A DNA stretch of 39,285 nt from Promethearchaeota archaeon (GTDB lineage Archaea > Asgardarchaeota > Lokiarchaeia > Sigyniarchaeales > SOKP01): positions 1 through 39,285 of the forward strand of contig RDOE01000027.1 of assembly GCA_011364975.1 (NCBI GenBank). The letters are read 5' to 3'. The notes below the pieces were generated by a model. It had not been told where the DNA came from. It saw only the letters and a list, made by a program, of their open reading frames with translations, and did not search any database. This document shows, in pieces, positions 17,470 to 26,727 of the stretch. The first letter of the stretch is position 1; each line of letters opens with the position of its first letter. The translations under genes and the position numbers were made by a program.

Positions 17470-19881
17470 TTAGCTATTTCGACGCTTTTGTTTGAACTTA
17501 ATATATAAAGCCTTATTTAATAATTTCCCAATTTTATTTACGGTCTGTTTACCTATTTCATATCGTTCCCCATCAAGAATTTTCTCAAAATCATTTTGAT
17601 TTAATTTAGGTCCTAATCTTCCCTGTAATACAGAAAAAAATGTTTCTAATATTTCTTCTTTTATGGATTGTTCCTCGGGAAAATTCATCTCAGGTACATA
17701 TAACCGAATTTTTTCTATTGAAAAAAGAAAAAATTCACATATTTTATTATAAGGTCCACCTTCAAGTTCGCTATGAATTTTTATATTCTCTGTAGCAATT
17801 TTAGTATCTTTTTCTTGCCAATAAAATTGGTTAGGATTTATACCAGGGCGAGTTATTCCAATTAATGCTGAAGTAATCCTACGTTCGATCCAGTTAAACG
17901 TATTTTCTTCATGTTTTTCCCGTATTTCGACTTTCTTTTCGGCTTCTAATTTTTTGTGTGTTTCCTCAATACTCTTTACTTTTAAGATTTCTGCTTCATC
18001 ATAATGTTCAAACCTTTTAATGATATCATAAGCAAGGCAATAAGAAATAGGTGATATCAAATCTGCTTTTAATTTTAATGGTATTATATCTTCATAAATA
18101 TAGCTTATATTATTTCTTAGCTTTACTATGCTGCTATTTAAAGAATCATTTGTCAATCTTGATAAAATAAAGCCGTTCACAAGGAAAACTTGATTATTTG
18201 CATTAAGAACAACAACCAATTCATTTTGTCTTTTTATTACTCGATTAATGCATAATTCTTCTAATTTAATCCAACTCCAATCTTCCTTATCAATATTTTT
18301 TTCAGTTCTTTTTAAAGCAGTAAGGAACAATGTTTTATCATTTGAAACCTTAGCGAATAACTCGATAATTCTACTTAATTGCCTTATAATTTTGGAAAGA
18401 ATATAATAAAAAATATCAAGAGCAATGTTATTTAATATATTTTCAAAATTAATTAGGGTAATAATTTGTAAATAATTTTTTAATTTTAAATCATGAAAAA
18501 ATATTTTTTCTATTATTTGTTTCTTTCGAACAAATTCTCTTAAATCATTTATCGAAATATTCAATTCCTTTTCTAAAATTCTCCAAACTTGTTGAAAATC
18601 TGCTTCATCTCGATGAATTAATTTAAAGAGATCGAAATCTGACATATCTTTTGAGGTGCTAATAATGTCCAAATAGGGTTGTTTTAAACTACATAGAAAC
18701 TTTTTAGCTAAATATACTGGATTTTTTTTAAGATCATTTAGCAATATTAGATCTTGAACCTTAATATTGTATCTAATCATATTTTTCTTTATAGTATCAA
18801 GTATATTCTCGTCTATATCTATTAGATGGAGTATATCTTTTATTCCCCGCCTATTAATCAAAAATATAATTTCATCAAAGCTGGAATCGTTAAGACTCTG
18901 TAAAAAATAAATTAGATCATTGGGGGATTTTTTAAGCTTACTGATTAATTCTTTTTTCAAATCAAATAATACTTTCCCTTCAAAATCTTCAAAACTTTCT
19001 TTTTCTTTTAAAGCTTCTTCGATTAGGGATAATATTCTTTTTTTATAATTATTCCCTTCAATATAAGACTTAAGGCCATAAAGTGAGATAGGATATTTAT
19101 TTAACTCATAATCTAATATTTTTCTTTTAATCATTCTTAATGACATAGTCTGAGTTTGAAGTTCTTTATAAGATTTAAACTCAAAATTAGTTTGAATCTT
19201 ATTAATAAGACGATTTAATATTGATAATTCAAGAAATTTATCTTCCTTTTCTTCACGTTCTAATTTCTTTTCAATGTCAATCGACAAATCCTTTAACCCC
19301 GAACTCTCTTCTAAAATATCTAGTTTAATATCTTCAGTAAATCCTATTAGGTCTCCAATAAAATCATAGAAATAGAAAGATGGGTATCTTAAGATAATAC
19401 TTAATAATTCCTGTTCGATTTTTTGCTCAATGTCAGTGAGCTCTTTTACCCTTTGAATGCCTTGATAATCATTTTCTCCTTCCTTTATTAATAAGTTTAA
19501 AAAAAGATTTTCAATCTCTATTACTTTGTTTAATAGATTAATCTCTAAATTAAATGAATCTTTTAAAGTTAATTCGAGTTCATTCATTAAAGTTCCTTTT
19601 TCGTGCAGTTCAGTTTCCAACGTTGTTTGATCTGAAAATTTCTCAGTGTCTATTTGAAATTTAACCTTTATCCCCATATAATTATATAAATGCACTGCCG
19701 CAGTTCCAATTAAAAGATTATTTATTGAGGGATCATTTTGTATCAACTCGAATATCATTTTTTTATCTGCTTCTCTTTTAAGATGTGAAATTATTAAATC
19801 TATTGTTTGAAAATACCTAGAAGTACTTTCAGCGGCAATAGTTCTCCTTCTAATACCACTTATTTTCCTTTTCTTAACCAA
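17470..19881 (-). CDS. Large hypothetical, predominantly alpha-helical protein (803 aa)
   Basis: Long ORF rich in E/K/L/I with coiled-coil-like segments; start overlaps the upstream gene by 22 nt. Confidence 0.85.
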   Translation of the reverse strand: MVKKRKISGIRRRTIAAESTSRYFQTIDLIISHLKREADKKMIFELIQNDPSINNLLIGTAAVHLYNYMGIKVKFQIDTEKFSDQTTLETELHEKGTLMNELELTLKDSFNLEINLLNKVIEIENLFLNLLIKEGENDYQGIQRVKELTDIEQKIEQELLSIILRYPSFYFYDFIGDLIGFTEDIKLDILEESSGLKDLSIDIEKKLEREEKEDKFLELSILNRLINKIQTNFEFKSYKELQTQTMSLRMIKRKILDYELNKYPISLYGLKSYIEGNNYKKRILSLIEEALKEKESFEDFEGKVLFDLKKELISKLKKSPNDLIYFLQSLNDSSFDEIIFLINRRGIKDILHLIDIDENILDTIKKNMIRYNIKVQDLILLNDLKKNPVYLAKKFLCSLKQPYLDIISTSKDMSDFDLFKLIHRDEADFQQVWRILEKELNISINDLREFVRKKQIIEKIFFHDLKLKNYLQIITLINFENILNNIALDIFYYILSKIIRQLSRIIELFAKVSNDKTLFLTALKRTEKNIDKEDWSWIKLEELCINRVIKRQNELVVVLNANNQVFLVNGFILSRLTNDSLNSSIVKLRNNISYIYEDIIPLKLKADLISPISYCLAYDIIKRFEHYDEAEILKVKSIEETHKKLEAEKKVEIREKHEENTFNWIERRITSALIGITRPGINPNQFYWQEKDTKIATENIKIHSELEGGPYNKICEFFLFSIEKIRLYVPEMNFPEEQSIKEEILETFFSVLQGRLGPKLNQNDFEKILDGERYEIGKQTVNKIGKLLNKALYIKFKQKRRNS

Positions 19882-22169
19882 TCGCGATAAACCTCTTTAA
19901 AATTATCTGAAATCTCAAACATACATTTTTTATGCCAATATTTAAATTTAAAAACATGAAATAAATCCGCATTAAACAAATCTTTTTCCTCTTCTGTAAA
20001 TGCATGCCTTAGAATTAAAGAAACAGGCTTTGGAATTAATTTTGAAAAATATTTTAATTCATACTCTCTTATAAAATTATAAAAATGATTCTGTTGAGAT
20101 ATTCTTATGAAATCAATTGGAAATAAATCCTCATTTTTTTCGTTGAATAACGCAATTTCTTCTTCGATAATATTTTGAACGTATTTAGGAAATTCATACT
20201 TTATATCAATACTGTATTCATATTTTTTATAAAAGTCTAATAACACCTCCTTTTTTCCCTCATCATTAACTTTAGCTATATATTTATCTAAAAAATTGCA
20301 GAAATTTTCGGATTTAACCTCTAATGCTTCTCTCTCCTCAAGATATTTTATCAATGAAGAAATATTCTCAGTTAAATTCCACGTCATTTTCTGTTCTATT
20401 TTAAAAAATTGCTTCGAATAATCCATAAACCAATCTAAAATATATTGTTTCCATTCTAAATTTATACCTCCAAACCGTTTTTCTAAAAATCGATGAAATT
20501 TATTAATAAACATGAGTGGATCGACAATTTCATTTTCTGGTTCATCTTTAAGGAATCTGTTTATGGTAGAATATCTTAAAACATAATTTAACAAGAAATT
20601 TAACTCAGTCGAAAAAGTTGTAAACTTCTTTAGATGATCTTTAATAGTGTCTGCATCTTTTTCCATCTGAATTTCAGCAAAACTTATTAGATCACTTATT
20701 GTAAGTTCAATATTTTCAAAGAATTGATTTAAACTACTAATTACCATCTTTTTAAATTCTTTGGTTATTAACTCTTCATTAAAATTTCTTGTTTCAGAAG
20801 TTAAAATTGGATTTATTTCAATTTGATTTAATAAGAAATCCTCAAACTTTTCTAATATTTTATTTCCTAATATTTTTGAAGGTTTTTGTTCAAAATTGAA
20901 CTTCTTTCTTATAATTGTAAGGAAATTTTCGGTTAAAGTTGTTAATCTTCTTCGTGTAAAATACTTTGGAAGTGCTTCATTCAAAAGATTTAAGCTAACT
21001 TTGTTAATTTCAAAAAAGTAGTTAAATGCAGAGTTCAAGTCATTAGCTCTTAGCTTCTTCTTAGTATCAATTGATAAGTTTAAAGAGTATGCTATTAATT
21101 CCGAAATTTCTTCATAAATTTCATTAGAATTTATTAACTTATTTTTAAAAAAAACTATATATTTTTCTATTAGGTTTTTTAATTCATCAACTTCACCAGT
21201 TACAATAAACTCATTAGATATTTTTTCTATATCATCAAAATATTTACTCAAATCCTCTAAATAGCCTTTAATGTATCTAATAACCTCATTAACGGATACT
21301 GTTTCATTAATTCTAGTAAGTCCAATTTCAATATATTTTATTAAAAACAACATCAATTTCTCTTGAATTTCATCTATCGTTCCAGTATTGGCGAGTTTTA
21401 ATAGATCAGTGCCGAGTTTTAAGGTTTTATCAACTATAAAAATAGAACTAGGTTTTGAAATTAAATATTTTAAATGCTCTATTTTAGTAGAGCCTTCAAA
21501 TTGAGTATTAATTGACTTGAAATCATGATTTGAAAAGATAATTTCAATAGGTCGCCTGCTCCACAAATATTTCACATCGCTTTTTATTGCGCCATAAGTT
21601 TTTAGCATTTTTTCTTCAGTAGGTAAGGAATAATTTAATCCGATCAACTTTTTATTCCATTTATCTTCTATTAGGTCTGCGAACAACTTTTTACTAAATC
21701 TTTTCGCAAATTTATTTAAGATACTAACTTTATTAGTTTTACTTAAATCAGGATGTTCTGCGAATTCTTCAACTTCATAGAATAATTCACAGACTTTATC
21801 TACAGAATCTTTGGATTTATGAGTATCTAAATATCCTGTTTCAGGTTTTAATGCTAATAAAAGACCCTCACAATCTTTAAAATTTCCCGGTATAAGGATC
21901 ATTGATTTAGGATAAATAGATATAGAAGTATCTTTCTCATCTAAATTAGATAATTCAAATTCTATAGAAAATACTTCTGATCCTGTATAATCTCTTAACA
22001 TTGCATTATACATTCTAAGAAATCGTATTACATCTTCTGACAAATTATTTAATCTTTCTATTGTTAGTTTCCCAGGCCCTAAAACGTTTCCAACTATAAT
22101 ATCATTAGGGCTTGAATAACCAAATATTAAAGAAAATTGATAGTTAATAGATTCTCTTGTTGTTATCAT
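19860..22169 (-). CDS. Large hypothetical protein (769 aa); possible N-terminal longin-like alpha/beta domain plus helical body
   Basis: Long ORF. The domain assignment rests only on a by-eye secondary-structure pattern. Confidence 0.85.
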   Translation of the reverse strand: MITTRESINYQFSLIFGYSSPNDIIVGNVLGPGKLTIERLNNLSEDVIRFLRMYNAMLRDYTGSEVFSIEFELSNLDEKDTSISIYPKSMILIPGNFKDCEGLLLALKPETGYLDTHKSKDSVDKVCELFYEVEEFAEHPDLSKTNKVSILNKFAKRFSKKLFADLIEDKWNKKLIGLNYSLPTEEKMLKTYGAIKSDVKYLWSRRPIEIIFSNHDFKSINTQFEGSTKIEHLKYLISKPSSIFIVDKTLKLGTDLLKLANTGTIDEIQEKLMLFLIKYIEIGLTRINETVSVNEVIRYIKGYLEDLSKYFDDIEKISNEFIVTGEVDELKNLIEKYIVFFKNKLINSNEIYEEISELIAYSLNLSIDTKKKLRANDLNSAFNYFFEINKVSLNLLNEALPKYFTRRRLTTLTENFLTIIRKKFNFEQKPSKILGNKILEKFEDFLLNQIEINPILTSETRNFNEELITKEFKKMVISSLNQFFENIELTISDLISFAEIQMEKDADTIKDHLKKFTTFSTELNFLLNYVLRYSTINRFLKDEPENEIVDPLMFINKFHRFLEKRFGGINLEWKQYILDWFMDYSKQFFKIEQKMTWNLTENISSLIKYLEEREALEVKSENFCNFLDKYIAKVNDEGKKEVLLDFYKKYEYSIDIKYEFPKYVQNIIEEEIALFNEKNEDLFPIDFIRISQQNHFYNFIREYELKYFSKLIPKPVSLILRHAFTEEEKDLFNADLFHVFKFKYWHKKCMFEISDNFKEVYRDWLRKGK

Positions 22170-22471
22170 TCTTTATTTCCCTTAGATACTAATCTTATAA
22201 ACAATAAAAATTATCTATTTTAATTTTTAGTAATTTGATAATAGAATTAGTGCTATATTTAAGAAAGCTAAGAATAAGTTAATAATATCCAATAAATTAG
22301 ATTTTATTAAATAATATTTAAAATTATAAAAAAAATCTTTAAAATACAATCAATAAAAAAACCAAAAGATAGAAAAAATAAAGAAATAAAAACAATCATT
22401 TGTATATTAATAATGTTTTGATTTATTGAAATTAGAATTATCAAATTAATCTTTTCAGAAGGTGAATTTTA

Positions 22472-22876
22472 ATAGAATTCGGAAGTGATTTAGGAATTGG
22501 TCCCGAGGAAATAGATAAGATTAGTCCTCAAATAACATTCATTACGTCCAATGCTGATATAGAGGCTATAGCGTTAGTGAGTATTGAAGGTTATCAAATC
22601 GCATTTACAGCATTACCCCAGTATCAAGTTGATGGGGATCAATTCTGTGGATTAGCAAGTGCATTATTGATGACGGGGAGTTCTACTATAAAAACGCTCT
22701 TTCAAGAGGAATTAAGTGAAATTATCGTAAGAGCTGAAAATGGATATATTGTAATAAGCAATGCGGGACGATTAGTAATCGTTTGTGCAGGAACTATAAT
22801 AGATACCATGATGAAAACAGTTACAGTAATGAGAGCTGCAGCAAAAAATTTAGCAAAAATATTCGAACCTAAATAG
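22472..22876 (+). CDS. Roadblock/LC7 (MglB-like) domain protein; probable non-canonical ATA start at 22472 (ORF track starts at GTG 22577)
   Basis: DIEAIALVSIEG..IA, GLASALL..G, LSEIIVRAENGYIVI..AG..VIV, helix MRAAAKNLAKIF. The frame is open from the TGA at 22463-22465, and an AAGGTGA SD lies 6 nt before the ATA. Confidence 0.85.
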   Translation: MEFGSDLGIGPEEIDKISPQITFITSNADIEAIALVSIEGYQIAFTALPQYQVDGDQFCGLASALLMTGSSTIKTLFQEELSEIIVRAENGYIVISNAGRLVIVCAGTIIDTMMKTVTVMRAAAKNLAKIFEPK

Positions 22877-23359
22877 AATGAAAGGGATTTATCAGAATAT
22901 TTAATCTTAAAATAAGGACGCTTTATAATTTGAAAATACTTCACGAATTAGATTAATTCTCTATATTATTTGCAAGTAATTTTAATTTACAATCCAATTT
23001 TTTCTTAACCCCCCTTTTTCGCTTTAAAGTATGATCTTTTTTATAAATACAGCCTTTTTTAATTATAAAGATCTCTACTTTATCATTTATGGTTAAAAGA
23101 ATACCACTATGAACGATTTCTACATAAATATAGACTTACTCCAAAATTTCTAAGCTATTTCTACTTAAGTTGAAAAGCAAAGAATTCATCCCAATTGAAA
23201 ATATAGGTAAATATTTTGAATTAATTAAAGACTATTAAATGGAAGATTAGCAATTAATAGAGTTAACCGAATTAAATAAGATAGTCTAATTTTTTTCAAT
23301 AATTTTAAATATTTACAAAAATAATCGTATCTAACTAATTAATGATATGATTTAAATAA

Positions 23360-23413
23360 ATGGCTACTCTAAAGATTGTTACTTGGTGTTGGCAGTGGCC
23401 TTGGCGTTCTTAA
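23360..23413 (+). CDS. Putative Trp-rich leader peptide MATLKIVTWCWQWPWRS (trpL-like)
   Basis: ATG GCT ACT CTA AAG ATT GTT ACT TGG TGT TGG CAG TGG CCT TGG CGT TCT TAA: 4 TGG codons, ending 168 nt upstream of trpB2 on the same strand. Confidence 0.8.
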   Translation: MATLKIVTWCWQWPWRS

Positions 23414-23581
23414 TTACGCCCCTTTCATTGGACTAAACCATTAATTTTTCCCTTATTCTCTATACTGTTTTCTTGTATACATATTAGGATTTTCCCTTTC
23501 TTGCATTAATAATTTTGAATTCCAATCTTATAATGACACATTTTTGTATAAAATGTAACTAGAAAAAAAGAGTTTATAAAA
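23403..23581 (+). promoter_or_regulatory. Candidate attenuator region of the trpB2 leader
   Basis: Hairpin GGCGT/ACGCC (23403-23420) spanning the leader stop; pyrimidine-rich tract with TTTTCCCTT twice (23446, 23490); inverted repeat ACATTTT-N5-AAAATGT (23538-23556). Confidence 0.45.
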
Positions 23582-24982
23582 ATGACAGAAAAATTAAACG
23601 CAAGAATATTATTGCAACCAGAAGAAGTACCGAAGGTTTGGGTAAATATTCTACCTGATCTTCCGGTTCCCATGACGCCCTTAATTAATCCTCTTGATGG
23701 TAAACCAGCTCCTCCAGAATTAGCATTTGCGATTTTTCCAAAAGAATGTGTTCTCCAAGACGTTTCTCAGGAACCTACAATAGCGATACCAAAGGATTTA
23801 AGGGAAATCTATGCTACATCTTATCGACCAACCCCTCTTCATCGAGCATATGGATTAGAAAAAGAAATTGGGTTAGAAGGAGATAAAATAAAAATTTTTT
23901 ATAAAAACGAATCAGTTTCTCCTACAGGTTCCCATAAACCCAATACTGCTCTCGCACAAGCATACTATGCTAAAAAAGAAGGTGTAGAAGAACTAATTAC
24001 TGAAACTGGGGCTGGTCAATGGGGTTCAGGTTTAGCTTATGGATGTAACTTATTTAAAATAAGATGCATTGTCTATATGGTTCGCGCTAGTTTTCTTCAA
24101 AAACCAGGAAGAAAAATTTTAATGAAAGCCTATAATGCAGAAGTCCATCCTAGCCCCTCAAATCTTACAGAGGCCGGAAATAGCTTTTATAAAACAAATC
24201 CTCTGCATCCGGGAAGTCTAGGAATTGCAATATCCGAAGCGGTAGAACATAGCCTAAGGAGTAATACTGCGAGATATTCTTTAGGTAGTGTTGTTAATTT
24301 TGTGCTTTTACATCAAACTTTAATCGGTCAAGAAACAAAAATGCAATTAGCTAAAGTTAACGAAACACCTGATATTCTTATTGGTTGTATGGGGGGTGGT
24401 TCAAACTTTGGTGGATTAATCCTCCCCTTTGTTAGAGATAAATTAAACGGTATATTACCAGATCTCGAGATCATTGGGGTTGAGCCGAAAGCCTGTCCTA
24501 GTGTTAGTAAGGGTGAATATAGGTGGGATTACGGCGATTCTGCCAAGAAAGCGCCTATTTTAAAAATGCATACACTTGGTCATACATTTATACCAAGTCC
24601 AATTCATGCTGGTGGTCTAAGATACCATGGAATTGCTCCAATCATCTCTATTTTATGCAATAATAAAATAATGTATCCGGCAATGCATCATCAAACCGAG
24701 ATCCTTGAAGCTGGCATAACTTTTACCAAATCAGAAGGCATTTTACCTGCACCAGAATGCGCTCATGCGATTAAGGAAGCAATAGATCAAGCTTTAAAGG
24801 CAAAGGAAAACAATGAGAAAAAAGTCATTGTATTCAATTTTAGTGGGCATGGATTTTTTGATATTTCTGCATATGAAGAATATATGGCGGGAGATTTAAC
24901 GGATTATGAATTACCAACTGAGGAAATTCTTAAAGCACTTAAATCAACGGACATGCCAGTAATTGATGAAACCCAATTCTAA
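23582..24982 (+). CDS. trpB2: Tryptophan synthase beta chain 2 (TrpB2, stand-alone)
   Basis: W.NILPDLP N-terminus, RPTPL.RA..LE, SPTGSHKPNTA (PLP Lys), TETGAGQWG, HPGSLGIAISEA, GGGSNF, IHAGGLRYHG, FNFSGHG. Confidence 0.95.
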   Translation: MTEKLNARILLQPEEVPKVWVNILPDLPVPMTPLINPLDGKPAPPELAFAIFPKECVLQDVSQEPTIAIPKDLREIYATSYRPTPLHRAYGLEKEIGLEGDKIKIFYKNESVSPTGSHKPNTALAQAYYAKKEGVEELITETGAGQWGSGLAYGCNLFKIRCIVYMVRASFLQKPGRKILMKAYNAEVHPSPSNLTEAGNSFYKTNPLHPGSLGIAISEAVEHSLRSNTARYSLGSVVNFVLLHQTLIGQETKMQLAKVNETPDILIGCMGGGSNFGGLILPFVRDKLNGILPDLEIIGVEPKACPSVSKGEYRWDYGDSAKKAPILKMHTLGHTFIPSPIHAGGLRYHGIAPIISILCNNKIMYPAMHHQTEILEAGITFTKSEGILPAPECAHAIKEAIDQALKAKENNEKKVIVFNFSGHGFFDISAYEEYMAGDLTDYELPTEEILKALKSTDMPVIDETQF

Positions 24983-25073
24983 AATTTTTTATTATTTTTT
25001 TTAATTCTCCAGAAGAAAATCTTAAAATTTTTAAAAAAATTCTACTAATAAAATTTAGAGAGTTCTGAAATTA

Positions 25074-26159
25074 TTGAATATCTTAACGTTTATAATTATA
25101 AGCGTACTGTATAGTTATGGCTTTCTTGCATTATATATCACTTATCAAGCAAAAAAGAAAGGTGAAAAAGGAGCCTTTATAAATAATTTGGCAAATTCGT
25201 TAGTATTAATAGTCAGTATTTCTCTTAATATAATCATAGTAAATTTTCTAAATATTTCAAACCTTTCTCTTATAATTTTCCCATTTGATATCTTCATTGT
25301 TTTGTTTATTATATTTTTTATACCTTTATTCTTCCTTTCAATCTTTCGAGAAAAAAAAAAGATTAAATTAAAAAATGATTCTTGGAGAAAATACTATATA
25401 CCCGTTTTAAAGGAGCTTCCATTTAAGTACGAGATTTATAGAAAAATTACTCATTTATTAGTTTTAAGTATCATCTTTTTTTATTTTACTTTAGGTTTTT
25501 TTGTCCAAAATTTTTTTGTATATGTTCTAGATTCATTACCTGAGTTTATTTCAGATTTATTTTATTCTCTCTATAACATTGAATCAGATAAGATGATTTT
25601 TACTCAATACTTAGTTGTATCTTTAGTAAGTATCGCATTAATTGGTCTTTTAACAGCAGATTTTGTAAGAATTTTAAAACCTGAGTTTTATCCTTTAAAA
25701 CCAGTGAATTTAATACTGAGACCAAAGGAATTAAGGATGAGATTAGGCCCTCATATATCTATGGGAATTGGTTGCTTTTCAATTATTATACTATTTGGAC
25801 TTTTCCAGCCAATTGGACCATTAATTATATGTGTGTCTATGAGTATGGCTATATTTAGTGATGTATCATCAAATTTAATAGGACGAAAATTTGGAATGAA
25901 GAAGATAAGAAATACTAACAAAACTTACGAAGGATTATTCACTGGCATAATAGTAGCTTTTTTTTCTGGATATCTCTCATTAGTAATAATCAATCCAATT
26001 ATTTCTATCAGTCCTCTTAGTTTCGTAGTAATTCCAATTTTGGGGGCATTGATTATCGGCTTTATAGATTATCTCAATTTAGAAATAGATGATAATTTAT
26101 TATATAATTTCGTTGTAACTTTAATTTTGTTTTTTATTTCTGTAATTTTTCAGTTTTAA
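25074..26159 (+). CDS. CTP-dependent polyprenol/diacylglycerol kinase family membrane protein (SEC59/DGK1/VTE5-like)
   Basis: EIYRKITHL, LRPKE, FSDVSSNLIGRKFG, NKTYEG, IDDNL; multiple TM segments. Confidence 0.85.
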   Translation: MNILTFIIISVLYSYGFLALYITYQAKKKGEKGAFINNLANSLVLIVSISLNIIIVNFLNISNLSLIIFPFDIFIVLFIIFFIPLFFLSIFREKKKIKLKNDSWRKYYIPVLKELPFKYEIYRKITHLLVLSIIFFYFTLGFFVQNFFVYVLDSLPEFISDLFYSLYNIESDKMIFTQYLVVSLVSIALIGLLTADFVRILKPEFYPLKPVNLILRPKELRMRLGPHISMGIGCFSIIILFGLFQPIGPLIICVSMSMAIFSDVSSNLIGRKFGMKKIRNTNKTYEGLFTGIIVAFFSGYLSLVIINPIISISPLSFVVIPILGALIIGFIDYLNLEIDDNLLYNFVVTLILFFISVIFQF

Positions 26160-26217
26160 ATATATCATTTAAATGAACTAGCAAAATTTTTGAATAAATT
26201 AAATTTACTATCAAAAA

Positions 26218-26721
26218 ATGTTAGAAGAAAAATTAAAAATTGATAAAATTAAAAAAGGCACAGTTATCGATCATATTGATGCTGGGTATGCGCTAACTAT
26301 TCTCAATCTAACAGGACTTGATGAATCCCCAAATTTAATGACAATAGGGGTAAATGTTTCCTCAAAAAAATATAAAAAGAAGGATATCATAAAGATAGAA
26401 GGGGTATTTCTTGATGAAATTCAAATGCAACAAATTTCCATTTTATCGCCAAATGCAACAATCTCTTTAATAGAAGAGTATAAGGTAATGGATAAAATCA
26501 AAGTTAAGCTACCGAAAAAAATAGAAGGATTGATTTTATGTCAGAATAATACTTGCATTTCCAATTCAGAAGAACCAATAGATTCTGAATTTTCTGTATT
26601 AGAAGAGAAACCTTTAAAAATACAATGCATATATTGTAATCGGATTTATAAATTAGATGAGATAGTATTCAGTTCACGAGAAAAAATAGAAAAAAGGGTA
26701 AGACAATTAATTCAATTATAA
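26218..26721 (+). CDS. pyrI: Aspartate carbamoyltransferase regulatory chain
   Basis: IKKGTVIDHI, G.NV.S.K..KKDIIKIE, SPNATI, Zn site C.N..CISN...CIYC. Confidence 0.95.
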   Translation: MLEEKLKIDKIKKGTVIDHIDAGYALTILNLTGLDESPNLMTIGVNVSSKKYKKKDIIKIEGVFLDEIQMQQISILSPNATISLIEEYKVMDKIKVKLPKKIEGLILCQNNTCISNSEEPIDSEFSVLEEKPLKIQCIYCNRIYKLDEIVFSSREKIEKRVRQLIQL

Positions 26722-26727
26722 GAAAAT

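Noticed and set aside
23040-23290. Short open stretches (e.g. LKSKEFIPIENIGKYFELIKDY) between the roadblock gene and the trp leader, possibly a gene remnant
   Set aside because: The fragments are only about 20-30 codons in different frames, with no recognisable homology.
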